A stretch of DNA of 64,000 nt from a virus: positions 5,577-69,576 of IMG/VR virus record IMGVR_UViG_3300044714_000124; one strand, 5' to 3'. The notes under the pieces were generated by a model, which was given only the letters and a program-made list of their open reading frames with translations, searched no databases and was not told the DNA's origin. This document shows positions 28,030 through 37,744 of this stretch, piece after piece (the stretch's first letter is position 1; each line of letters starts with the position of its first letter). The position numbers and the translations under genes were made by a program.

Positions 28030-29462
28030 TGGCCGTCCCGCGCAGTTATTTACCATTTCCGCCTGATCTATATATCGTAAATCCTCGTATTGTGTTAGCC
28101 CACGGCTGCTTCGACCTTCTCCATCTCGGCCACATTCGCCATCTTCAGGAAGCCCGCGCCATGGGCGATCGTCTGGTTGTGAGCGTGACCGGCGACCAGC
28201 ACGTCGAAAAGGGTTTGGGCCGCCCGCGCTTTACCGCCGCTGAGCGCGTGGAGGCGCTCAAGGCGTTGGCCTGCGTCGATGAAGTGTTCGTCAACGATGA
28301 TTCGGATGCGGTTGCAACAATCCAGCGAATTCGGCCGGCGGTGTATGTCAAGGGCGCCGATTACGTCTCGCACGGCAACGATGTTGTGGGAATGTCCGAT
28401 GCCATTTTGGCCGCCGAGGTCTCGGCGGTTCGATCCCATGGCGGCGAATTTGCTCTCACCAAGGCCGCCCTGTGGTCGTCCTCCCGTCTTCTGGCCGGCG
28501 AGGTCTATTCGCCCGACGTCTTCGATTATCTCTCCCACGCCCGCGCCAATGGCTTCGGCGAGGCTATCGCCGAAGCCATGGCAAAAGCCGATCGGCTTAA
28601 GATCATCTTCGTGGGCGAGCGCATCATCGACGAGTACCGCTACGTCGAGGCGCTTGCGCGTCCGTCGAAGGAAACCATCGTCGCGGTTGCCGAAGGTGAC
28701 CGTACCGAAGTGTTCGACGGTGGCGTTGCGATCGCTGCGCAGCATGGCGAATGGAAGCGCGCCAAAGTCGTCACGGCTGGCATTCCGTTGCGCAAGACAC
28801 GGTTCATCGACCGTGATTTTCACCGCAAGCTGTTCGAAAGCTATTCCGCCCCGCAGATGGAGTGGAAGCCCGAACAGCGCGAGCGGTTCCGCGAAATCGT
28901 GGCGAAGGAAGCCGGCGAGGCCGATGTGGTGATCGCCCTCGATTTCGGGCACGGATTGATCGATGCGCAAATGCGGCGCGCGATGGAAGCTGCATCGTTC
29001 TTCGCGGTGAACTCCCAGACCAACGCGGCGAACCGCGGCTTCAATCCGATCACGCTTTATCATCGCGCCGATCTGGTGTGTCTCGACGATCCGGAAGCGC
29101 GGCTTGCCGTGCATCTCCAATTCGAGCCGATCGCGATGGTGATTGATGCTCTGCGGGCAAAGATTGAAAGTCCTCGTTTCCTTGTCACACACGGTCGCTA
29201 TGGCGCGGTGGCTTGGCAGCAATGGTTTCAAGCCTCACTGTACCGCGAGCTTCCGGCCTTGGCGACCCGTGTCGTGGACACCATGGGCGCCGGCGACGCC
29301 TTCTTCGCGGTGGCCGCTCCGCTGGTGGCGGCGGGTTGCGGCCTCGAAGCCGCCGCCTTCGCCGGCAGTGTCGCTGCGGCCATCAAGACCTCGATCGTCG
29401 GGCATCGGCGCCCGGTCGGCCGCGGTGAGTTGGTGGCGACCATCAAGGCGTTGCTGAAATGA
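28029..29462 (+). CDS. bifunctional nucleotidyltransferase / PfkB sugar kinase (HldE/RfaE-like)
   Basis: HGCFDLLHLGHIRHL, YVKGADY, DFGHG, VVDTMGAGDAF. Confidence 0.9.
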   Translation: MAVPRSYLPFPPDLYIVNPRIVLAHGCFDLLHLGHIRHLQEARAMGDRLVVSVTGDQHVEKGLGRPRFTAAERVEALKALACVDEVFVNDDSDAVATIQRIRPAVYVKGADYVSHGNDVVGMSDAILAAEVSAVRSHGGEFALTKAALWSSSRLLAGEVYSPDVFDYLSHARANGFGEAIAEAMAKADRLKIIFVGERIIDEYRYVEALARPSKETIVAVAEGDRTEVFDGGVAIAAQHGEWKRAKVVTAGIPLRKTRFIDRDFHRKLFESYSAPQMEWKPEQRERFREIVAKEAGEADVVIALDFGHGLIDAQMRRAMEAASFFAVNSQTNAANRGFNPITLYHRADLVCLDDPEARLAVHLQFEPIAMVIDALRAKIESPRFLVTHGRYGAVAWQQWFQASLYRELPALATRVVDTMGAGDAFFAVAAPLVAAGCGLEAAAFAGSVAAAIKTSIVGHRRPVGRGELVATIKALLK

Positions 29463-29547
29463 TCGACTTCGTATTCAGCTTTGTGCACGACTTTTTGGTA
29501 GTGTTTGTGATGACGTTTCTTGGGCTTGGTATTGCCAGCTACGTGTT

Positions 29548-29840
29548 ATGGGGAAAGGCAGGATGGGATACGTTTGTGGACATGCTGAAATGAACGACTT
29601 CCCTAGGGATAACGTAGATGGATATGCTCCGGATCGTCGCCCAGTCCTGGCCACTCGCGGCGGTGGCGATCTCGTTCATTGCATTCGTCGGAGTCTACGC
29701 GCTGTTTAGTCGGGCCGCCCGTCGCGAGGACGAGCGCGTACGCATGTTCAGGATTGAAAACCGCAGCAGGGACAGTTGACGTGATTCGCAGGCATGGGGA
29801 AAGGCAGGATGGGATACGTTTGTGGACATGCTGAAATGAA
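29548..29840 (+). repeat. 47-bp perfect direct repeat (29548-29594, 29794-29840)
   Basis: ATGGGGAAAGGCAGGATGGGATACGTTTGTGGACATGCTGAAATGAA occurs twice. Confidence 0.9.
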
Positions 29841-30435
29841 TGAATCCATCAGCACCACACTGATCTGGCCCGGACGTCCGTTTGCCGACGGTCGAGGCTT
29901 CGGCTGGGATGTCCAGCAGGCATTCACTCACGTCGAGGCTGAGCCGGATGCCTTTGAGACGGCCTTGAAAATCATGACTTCGGCCCGCGACAGGCGCAGC
30001 AAGCTCTATTTCGTCGGCAACGGCGGCTCGGCGGCGATCGCGAGCCACATGGCGGCCGACTTCACGAAAGCGGGTGGCTTTTCGGCCTTTGCCCTCAATG
30101 ATGCCGCTGCATTGACGGCGTGGTCGAACGACTGCGGCTACGAAAAATCCTATGTGTCGCAACTCCACAATCACCTGGACAACGGCGATGTCGTGATAGC
30201 GATTTCAAGCTCGGGGGCCTCGCGCAATATCATCGATGCGGTCGATGTCGATCACCAGGGGCCGCATGAATTCGACCGCATCACGCTTTCCGGCTTCAAT
30301 CCTGGCAATCCGCTCCGCGCCAAAGGCGATCTTAACTTCTACGTTCCGTCGCACCGCTATGGCGTGGTCGAGGTCGTGCATTTGATGATCCTTCACGCGA
30401 TGCTTGACAGTATCGTGGCGCAGGAGGTCGCGTGA
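29836..30435 (+). CDS. SIS-domain sugar-phosphate isomerase (GmhA-like)
   Basis: FVGNGGSAAIASHMAAD, ALTAWSNDCGY, IAISSSGASRNI. Confidence 0.88.
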   Translation: MNESISTTLIWPGRPFADGRGFGWDVQQAFTHVEAEPDAFETALKIMTSARDRRSKLYFVGNGGSAAIASHMAADFTKAGGFSAFALNDAAALTAWSNDCGYEKSYVSQLHNHLDNGDVVIAISSSGASRNIIDAVDVDHQGPHEFDRITLSGFNPGNPLRAKGDLNFYVPSHRYGVVEVVHLMILHAMLDSIVAQEVA

Positions 30436-30834
30436 TGAAACCCATAGAACCGCTGCACGTGAATGTTCGTTTCGGTCCCGGCATTCCGGTCGAGGTTTAT
30501 GGAACAGCGCTGTTGCAGTTCGAAAAGTATCTGCGCGCCTTGGCGAATCTGCCGTGCGAAGTATTCCAGGATCGCGCCGGCGATGATTCCAAGCTCCGCG
30601 CCGCGATGACGCCGCAACAGAGGGCAAAGCTATGATCCATCCTTCCCGCATGAGGTTGCGTGTATGTGCCGTAGGAGGCGATTGCTGGGAGGGCATGGAC
30701 GACGCGCAGCATTGCAATGCTGCTTGCAAATTAAGCGGTGCCAATAAGCGTTATTGGGATGTGAGGCCGGGAGAATCCCTTGGGGAGATGATGCGGCGCG
30801 GTGGCCCCGGTATTGTGGAGGATAAAAATCAGAC

Positions 30835-31983
30835 ATGACCTCTCCCCTCCCCGAACTCGTCAGCCATGTGGTCGGCGGATCGCCGGTCTACGACCTCGAG
30901 CTCGACGGTACCAAGATCGGCTGGTATCGCGACCGCGTGCTGGCATGGCAGCGGGGCGAGCGCATCGCGCCTATTACGATGGATGTCGCATGGACGCGCA
31001 AATGCGAGGCAGCCTGCAATTTCTGCTACGCCGCTTTGCAGGCGAGCGAAGATACCGTCATCACAAAACAGAACGCTTTCGACTTCCTGGAAGACGCCGC
31101 TGCGATCGGCGTCAAGGGCGTCTCTCTGATCTCCGATGGCGAAAGCACCAACGTGCCCTGGTATGCCGAGTCGATCAAATACGGCGCCTCCCTCGGCTTG
31201 CAGCTTGGCATCAGTTCGAACGGCGTCAAACTCACGCCGGATGTGCTCGAACAAATCCTGCCGCATCTGTCTTACCTCCGCTTCAATTTCTCCGGCGGCG
31301 ACAAAAAACGCTGGGCGCAGATCATGGGGATGAAACAGGCGATGTTCGATCGCGTCGTCGCCAACATCAAGGCCGCCATGGAGATCAAGCGGCGCGATAT
31401 GTTAACGTGCAACGTCAACATGCAGTTCGTCGTCATGCCAAAGGACGGTGACCAGATAATACCGTTCACCAGACTGGCGAAGGAACTGCGGCCCGACTAC
31501 GCCATCATGAAGCATTGCGCGGATAGCGTCGATGGCGAGCTCGACGTCGATTACCGCCGCTATAGCGACCTGTTTCCGCTGTTCGAGGAAGCGGAGACCT
31601 ACAGCGATGCGACCTTCCGGGTGGCGGTGAAATGGTCGCGGATACAGAACGAGGGCAAACGGCTCTATCAAAGGTGCTACGGCCCGCCGTTCATTCTGCA
31701 AATGTCCGGCAATGGGCTGATCGCGCCGTGCGGGCAGAAGTTCAATTCGCGCTATGCGAAGTTTCATATCGGGAACATCACGCGTGACCGGTTCCGGGAT
31801 ATCTTTGCGAGTGACCGCTATTGGGAAGTGATGAGCTATCTGGCAAGCGATGCGTTTGATGCGCAGCAGAATTGCGGCGAAAATTGTCTTCAGACGAATA
31901 CCAATCTCTGGCTGGATCGCTTTGTGAAGGGAAACGCAGCGTTTCCGACTACACCGGCGCCGCCGCAACTGGGATTCTTGTGA
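30835..31983 (+). CDS. radical SAM/SPASM protein
   Basis: CEAACNFC (CxxxCxxC); C-terminal CYGP...APC...IGNI...C...C. Confidence 0.9.
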   Translation: MTSPLPELVSHVVGGSPVYDLELDGTKIGWYRDRVLAWQRGERIAPITMDVAWTRKCEAACNFCYAALQASEDTVITKQNAFDFLEDAAAIGVKGVSLISDGESTNVPWYAESIKYGASLGLQLGISSNGVKLTPDVLEQILPHLSYLRFNFSGGDKKRWAQIMGMKQAMFDRVVANIKAAMEIKRRDMLTCNVNMQFVVMPKDGDQIIPFTRLAKELRPDYAIMKHCADSVDGELDVDYRRYSDLFPLFEEAETYSDATFRVAVKWSRIQNEGKRLYQRCYGPPFILQMSGNGLIAPCGQKFNSRYAKFHIGNITRDRFRDIFASDRYWEVMSYLASDAFDAQQNCGENCLQTNTNLWLDRFVKGNAAFPTTPAPPQLGFL

Positions 31984-31984
31984 A

Positions 31985-32117
31985 CTAACATAGCCCGGCT
32001 CGCCGGGGAGGAAGCGAGATGGCGCGTTGATAAAGGAGTTAATCGAGAGCTGCGTGGAGTGAACGGCCATTGCGAGCATTTGTATTGCGGCTCGGCTCGC
32101 CGGGACGGAAGCGAGAT
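31985..32117 (+). CRISPR. CRISPR mini-array 3 (two repeats of the array 1 family, 61-nt spacer)
   Basis: GCCCGGCTCGCCGGGGAGGAAGCGAGAT ending at 32020 and GTATTGCGGCTCGGCTCGCCGGGACGGAAGCGAGAT at 32082-32117. Confidence 0.9.
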
Positions 32118-32159
32118 TGGCTCGCTCGCGGGAGGGCCAAGCAAGTCAGATGATTTGGA

Positions 32160-33947
32160 GTGCCGGACGTGAAACTCGCCCAATACGTCGCCGACTGGAT
32201 CGCCTCATTCTCTCCCCGCGTCTATGCGGTCTGTGGCGCCGGCGCCATGCACCTCAACGATGCGATCTGTCACCATGACTGGATCGACGTGATTGCCGTA
32301 CATCATGAACAGGCGGCCTGTTTCGCCGCCGAGGCGGAAGCGCGCATCACCAACGAACCGTCCGTCGTCCACGTTACCGCAGGTCCCGGCGGCACCAACA
32401 CCATGACAGGCATCGCCTGCGCATTCGTCGATTCCATTCCCATGATAGTCCTTGCCGGGCAGGTATCCTCGGAGACCATGCGCGCCGGACTGCGCTATCG
32501 CCAGTATGGAATGAACGAGCTCGACATGCTGACGATGGTCAAGTCGATCACCAAGTATTGCGCATCGGTGACAAGGCCCGATTCGATCCGCTACCATCTT
32601 GAACGTGCCTTGCATCTCGCCAACACGGGCCGCAAGGGGCCGGTGTGGCTCGAAATCCCGCTGGATATCCAGGCCGCCGAAATCGATCCGGCCAGCCTGC
32701 GGGCCTTCAACGTCGCGGAATATCCGGTGATCGAAAATCAGGCCTATCTCGCTCGCAATGCCGTCAAGGTAATGGATATGATCGCCGCCGCCAAGCGGCC
32801 CTTGATGATCATAGGCAACGGCGTGCGGCTCTCGGGTGCATGCGATGACCTGCTCCGGCTGGTCAATCTGCTCGAAATTCCAGTCGTCTCATCGTGGAAT
32901 GCGAGCGACATCGTGCCGAACGATTATTCGTGGTACATCGGCCGTTGCGGCATTTTTGGTGGGAGGGTGGCAAATCGGGCGGTGCAGGACGCCGATGTTA
33001 TTCTTGCGATCGGCACAAGGCTTTCCGTTGCGCAGATCGGGCATGATACAACTGCTTTCGCGCCGCACGCCGCAAAGATCGTGGTCGATATCGATCCCTT
33101 CGAGGCAGAGCGGCTCAACCCGCATCTTGCTGTCGTGGCCGATGCCGGCGAATTCATTCGTGCCTTATTTGATCGAATCGGTCCATGGCGGGGGCGGTTC
33201 CAGTCAACCGTATCATGGGTTCGGCCATGGGCATCAGGAACATTGGAGGACAGGCCCGCGCTTCTTGATCCCGATGCCGGCGTTGATGCCTATCGGTTCG
33301 TGCGCATGCTGCCGCGATTTCTCGACGATAATGCGATCGTCGTCACCGACGTGGGGTTTTCGTTCATTCCGGTCATGCAGGAATTGAGTTTGAGGCCCGG
33401 ACAGCGGCTGTTTCATTCCTCCGGCGTTTCTCCGATGGGTTGGGCGCTCGCCGCCGCCATTGGCGCCGCCAAGGCTGCGCCCGACTGTCAGGTCGTATGC
33501 CTGATCGGCGACGGCGGCTTGATGGTCAATATCCAGGAGTTTCACACCATCGCCCAGCTCGGATTGCGAATCACCGTGTTCGTGTTCTGCAACGACGGCT
33601 ACGCGACCATGCGGCTCACCCAGCAGCATCATTTTCAGCGCGAGTCGATATCAGGACCGAACAGCGGGCGCGCCATAGCGCCGGAAATGATCATCGATGT
33701 GGCCGAAAGATTCAATCTGCCGACGTATTTCTTGGAGTCTGACGATGAGCTGGATGAGTTTACCGACGGACTGTTCAATCCGCGCCGTCTCACGCCCTGC
33801 GTAGTCGCCTTGAGCATGGCGCCCGATCAGGTTATCTCGCCGCGGGTGATGTCCTATATGAAGGATGGGCAGATGATCCCCGGCCGGCTCGATGCGATGT
33901 GGCCGCCGCTGGCGCAGCAAGAGCGAATCATGGAGACTGCAACGTGA
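32160..33947 (+). CDS. thiamine-pyrophosphate-dependent enzyme (acetolactate synthase-like)
   Basis: HHEQAACFAAEA, VTAGPGGTN, GRKGPVWLEIPLD, IGDGGLMVNIQE...NDGY. Confidence 0.9.
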   Translation: MPDVKLAQYVADWIASFSPRVYAVCGAGAMHLNDAICHHDWIDVIAVHHEQAACFAAEAEARITNEPSVVHVTAGPGGTNTMTGIACAFVDSIPMIVLAGQVSSETMRAGLRYRQYGMNELDMLTMVKSITKYCASVTRPDSIRYHLERALHLANTGRKGPVWLEIPLDIQAAEIDPASLRAFNVAEYPVIENQAYLARNAVKVMDMIAAAKRPLMIIGNGVRLSGACDDLLRLVNLLEIPVVSSWNASDIVPNDYSWYIGRCGIFGGRVANRAVQDADVILAIGTRLSVAQIGHDTTAFAPHAAKIVVDIDPFEAERLNPHLAVVADAGEFIRALFDRIGPWRGRFQSTVSWVRPWASGTLEDRPALLDPDAGVDAYRFVRMLPRFLDDNAIVVTDVGFSFIPVMQELSLRPGQRLFHSSGVSPMGWALAAAIGAAKAAPDCQVVCLIGDGGLMVNIQEFHTIAQLGLRITVFVFCNDGYATMRLTQQHHFQRESISGPNSGRAIAPEMIIDVAERFNLPTYFLESDDELDEFTDGLFNPRRLTPCVVALSMAPDQVISPRVMSYMKDGQMIPGRLDAMWPPLAQQERIMETAT

Positions 33948-34169
33948 CGTTCAAGCTGTATGTCATCGTCGGCGAACTGCTTTGGGCTCTTATTATCGGC
34001 ACGGTCGATCCCGTCAAGGTGCATCGGGAGTGGCATAGGGCGGGGCTCGTGCCGCGACTTGACTGTGCGGTGCTGGGAAGCGTCGTATCGGTTTTGGCTT
34101 GGCCGCTCGTACTGGCTTATGTGCTATGTCTGGCAGTGCGTGAGAGTGAATGAAAACAAGGAGAGAGAT

Positions 34170-34589
34170 ATGGCAACATCGACGACACCCAAGCCGACCA
34201 ATCCGCCTGCGGGGCAGCCCGTGAAACGGTTGGAGCCACCGGCCGGTCTGGGTCAGGGCGTTCTTTACACGCCGGACGGACAGAAATGGTGGGTCGGGTT
34301 TACGACGAGCGCCCGGACTGCGGCTCCCGCCACTCCCGCGGCACCTGCGCTACCAAATCCATCATCCGGCGGAACGAGCCCCAAGGTTCCGGTAGCACCG
34401 ACGCCGGCGCCCCGCGCAACGGCCGATATCCTGGTCTGGGACGTGGATGCGGCCAACTGGACTTTGCTCATCGGAGTGGCGGAAGGCGGCGATGAAACGC
34501 CGTACTTCTTGGCAAATACCGGTACCGGATCGGGTGCCGGGCAATACAAGGCGCCGCCGCCCGTCCCGCCGAGGCCGCCGGCCGCCTGA
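34170..34589 (+). CDS. Pro-rich hypothetical protein
   Basis: AAGGAG RBS; MATSTTPKP... Confidence 0.5.
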   Translation: MATSTTPKPTNPPAGQPVKRLEPPAGLGQGVLYTPDGQKWWVGFTTSARTAAPATPAAPALPNPSSGGTSPKVPVAPTPAPRATADILVWDVDAANWTLLIGVAEGGDETPYFLANTGTGSGAGQYKAPPPVPPRPPAA

Positions 34590-34635
34590 TATTGATTGAT
34601 ATTGTCGACTAAACGTAGAGGAAGAAAAGCGCCCG

Positions 34636-35334
34636 ATGCTCACCGATCGCGATACCAAGCATTGGGCGCCGCTCCAGGCGGTAACGGATCATCTGTGCCG
34701 GATCATTCCGGCGGGCGCCAAGGTGCTCGATGTCGGTCCGGGTCATGCGCCGTTTGCGCGCGCCGATGCTTCCGTCGATTTCCAGGACGCGCCGGGAGCG
34801 AAGAATCTGACGAAATGCGACTTTGCCGTCGAGGCGCTGCCGTTTTCCGACAAGAGCTTCGATTTCGTGTACTGTCGCCACGTCCTCGAAGACCTCCATG
34901 ATCCATTCCATCTGATTGCCGAAATGTCTCGCGTCGGGAAAGCGGGCTATATCGAGACGCCGTCGCCGTTCGCCGAATTGACGCGCGGAGTTGACGGGGG
35001 CTCGCCGCCGTGGCGGGGCTATCACCATCACCGCTGGATCATCTGGTCGCGTCAACTCAGCGAGGCTTTGCGTGCCGATGAATTGTGTTTCGTCTCCAAG
35101 TTCCCGATGATCGAACACGATTCGCGGCTCGACGACCTCGAACCGCTGTTGCGTGCTTCTGCCCGGCGGTGGAATACTTATCACCTGTGGAGCGATCAGA
35201 TCTTCGTCAAACATCATCAGAATCCGCTCGATTTCCGCATGCCGGAAGGCTATCAGGGCCTGTTGTTCGCGGCAGCGGCCGGTTCGCAGAATGCGACGGA
35301 TCGGTTTTTCGGGGAGAATAACATTGGCTCATAA
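34636..35334 (+). CDS. class I SAM-dependent methyltransferase
   Basis: KVLDVGPG, LPFSDKSFDFVYCRHVLED, GYIETP. Confidence 0.88.
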   Translation: MLTDRDTKHWAPLQAVTDHLCRIIPAGAKVLDVGPGHAPFARADASVDFQDAPGAKNLTKCDFAVEALPFSDKSFDFVYCRHVLEDLHDPFHLIAEMSRVGKAGYIETPSPFAELTRGVDGGSPPWRGYHHHRWIIWSRQLSEALRADELCFVSKFPMIEHDSRLDDLEPLLRASARRWNTYHLWSDQIFVKHHQNPLDFRMPEGYQGLLFAAAAGSQNATDRFFGENNIGS

Positions 35335-36328
35335 GCTTTTCATCTTCGTCCCCGCCTTCGGGCATCTGGTGACGACCACGACATTCCTCACCACCCATGC
35401 GCTTCAACAGGGCCTGGGCGCTCGCGGCATCCAGGCCGGCATATCGTCCCTGTCGTTCCCCGATATCGCCGAACTCCGCGCCATGGCCTTGACCGTGTTC
35501 TACGACACGTCGGATTTCTCGCATCTGCTGTTCGTCGATTCGGACATGGGCTTCGCTCCCGATCTCGTATTCGACATGCTGCTTCTCGACGAGCCGATCG
35601 TGGGCACGCTCTACCGCCAGCGCCGCGAGCCCGTATCGTGGGCCGGCTCCGGCAACGGCGCCCCGACCACGGAGCGCCGTGCCGGCTTCATGAAGGTCGA
35701 AGGCGTCGGCATGGGCTGTACGCTGATCCGCCGCGACGCCGTCAAGGCGATCATCGAAAAATTCCCCGAGATCGTTGACGTGCGCCTCGAACTCCACCCG
35801 GCTCGCGATATCCTGTTCGGGTCGGGTGCCCGGCGCCTCATTCGCGCTTTCGAGAAGATCGATATTCCCGGCCGCGGCATCGTCAGCGAGGACCTGTCGT
35901 TCTGCATGCGCTGGAACCAGTGCGGCGGCAGCGTATGGGCGGCGATCAATCATCGTATTTCCCACGTCGGGCAATACGACTATAATGGGCGGTTTCTGGA
36001 CGACGTCGAGCGCCAGGCGGCGATGGAGGCGGCGAAAGCGGGTCAGGGACAGGTCGTAAAACCGACGACGGTGGCTGAGTTGGAAAAAATATTAAACGAT
36101 CCAAATCCTCCTGAAGTGAACGTTATGCCCGATGGCAGATGTGAACCAGCGTCCACGGTCGTCACAGCACCGGATTCCGATAGGAATTTGGGAAGCGATG
36201 CCGACCAAATCGTCCGGGAGGCGAGGCCGAATCCTCAATATCAGCCGTCGAACGGCGATTGGGAAAAATGGGCAGCGGACACAGGAACGAATTACCCCAA
36301 AGCAGAGGCGCCGCGCGACGCGATCTAG
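35324..36328 (+). CDS. glycosyltransferase-like protein
   Basis: SHLLFVDSDMGF, VGMGCTLIRR, SEDLSFCMRW, ISHVG. Confidence 0.75.
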   Translation: MAHKLFIFVPAFGHLVTTTTFLTTHALQQGLGARGIQAGISSLSFPDIAELRAMALTVFYDTSDFSHLLFVDSDMGFAPDLVFDMLLLDEPIVGTLYRQRREPVSWAGSGNGAPTTERRAGFMKVEGVGMGCTLIRRDAVKAIIEKFPEIVDVRLELHPARDILFGSGARRLIRAFEKIDIPGRGIVSEDLSFCMRWNQCGGSVWAAINHRISHVGQYDYNGRFLDDVERQAAMEAAKAGQGQVVKPTTVAELEKILNDPNPPEVNVMPDGRCEPASTVVTAPDSDRNLGSDADQIVREARPNPQYQPSNGDWEKWAADTGTNYPKAEAPRDAI

Positions 36329-36956
36329 GCTGGCTCTGCGACCTCAAATTCGCCCCTCGCTGCTGCTGGGGCTGTACGAGGCCGTTCATTCCGCGTCATA
36401 GCGCCCATCGGTTCTGTTCCTCTCTCTGTGCGGCCAGAAAGCATTCTTTGATTGTCTGGATCAAGAAGCGTCACGGCAGCTATCGAGCTTCGGCGCCGAT
36501 GCCTGTGGTTTATATGAAGTGGTGAACAGATGATCATGGATATTTTGCTTGCAGCTACAATGAGTTGCAATCCTAATCCGTGTAACGAATACGGGGTCTC
36601 GCGGGATTGGAAAGACACTGCGCCAAGTGGAATGCATACCGAAAATCGCGACGGCAAAATGCTGTGGTGCGATCAGATGGAGTGTGCGCCGGCAGGAAGC
36701 TTTATTTATTCTCCGTCTCCGGGAGTAAGGGAATATTGCGCGGGGTATCCGTTAACTTGCGTTAGAGCTGGGTCGAACACTCAATGACCCTCGATCCCTA
36801 TGCCGAACTCGGCGTCAAGCGCGCATCAAGAACGATCTGGCCGTGCGCGATGAAGCACTGTCGATCATGAAGGATTGTGGATTCAGCTAAACTCCCTGTT
36901 GACAGTCTCTTCGATTTGATTCTACCCTGATCGTCAACGTTTCTCCGTTGAACCTC

Positions 36957-37123
36957 TCCCTTGCGCGCCGCGAGGGATCGAAGATCAAGCCATCACCGTC
37001 AGGGCGACGCTCGCCGGGTCGATGGCTTTACTGCCGCAGCGCGCCGCAGCGGCTCCCCCCGCGTCCGCCGTATTCCCTTGATGACGCCCATCGGGAATGG
37101 ACCGCAGCCCGGAGGCGTCCGGC
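36957..37123 (+). ncRNA. structured 5' leader of the capsid operon with four RCGCY-pentaloop hairpins
   Basis: Loops GCGCC (36965), ACGCT (37007), GCGCC (37041), ACGCC (37084), each closed by a stem; TTGACA at 36899; RBS inside the CCGGAGGCGTCCGG hairpin. Confidence 0.6.
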
Positions 37124-37729
37124 GTGGCCAATATCCAAGCGCAGTTCGGCTTCAAGCACATCGGCTTCCTGTCGGGTTTTGCCCCCGATTACCAGATGAC
37201 CACGCGGGCGATTCAATCGACCTATGCGACGGCCATCGGGCTCGGTGATCCGGTCGCCAAGGTCAACGCGACGTCCGCATACATCGGGCAGGCGGGCAAT
37301 ACGATCTCGACGACAAGCATTCTCGAAGGGATATTCGCCGGCTGCACCTACGTGCCCTCGGGGGGTGGGCCGCCCACATGGTCGCCATATTGGCCCGGCG
37401 CGCAGAATTCCAACGGTACCGCCTATCTGATCGATTCGCCCGGCGCTCTTTTTCTGGTGGCCGCGCTTCAGACCGCGATCACGAGCGCCAATATCGGTCA
37501 GGCCATCAATTTCACGACCGGCGCTCCGACCACGACGGGCGGCGGGTTTGCCATCGCCACGGTCGATCAATCGACCGCAACCTCGGCCAACGCCACGTCG
37601 GCCGCCCTGCCGTTCAAGGTGCAGGGCCTCTATCCCGGCATCGGCAACGGCTCCGACCCGACCACCAATTACAATTGGGTTGTCGTCACCTTCAACAATC
37701 AGCGCTGGAAAGCGCTGACGGCGCTGTGA
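37124..37729 (+). CDS. capsid-associated (decoration/cement-like) protein
   Basis: MANIQAQFGF..., GTG start after GGAGG, directly upstream of the major capsid gene. Confidence 0.65.
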   Translation: MANIQAQFGFKHIGFLSGFAPDYQMTTRAIQSTYATAIGLGDPVAKVNATSAYIGQAGNTISTTSILEGIFAGCTYVPSGGGPPTWSPYWPGAQNSNGTAYLIDSPGALFLVAALQTAITSANIGQAINFTTGAPTTTGGGFAIATVDQSTATSANATSAALPFKVQGLYPGIGNGSDPTTNYNWVVVTFNNQRWKALTAL

Positions 37730-37744
37730 TTGGAGGATTGACGG

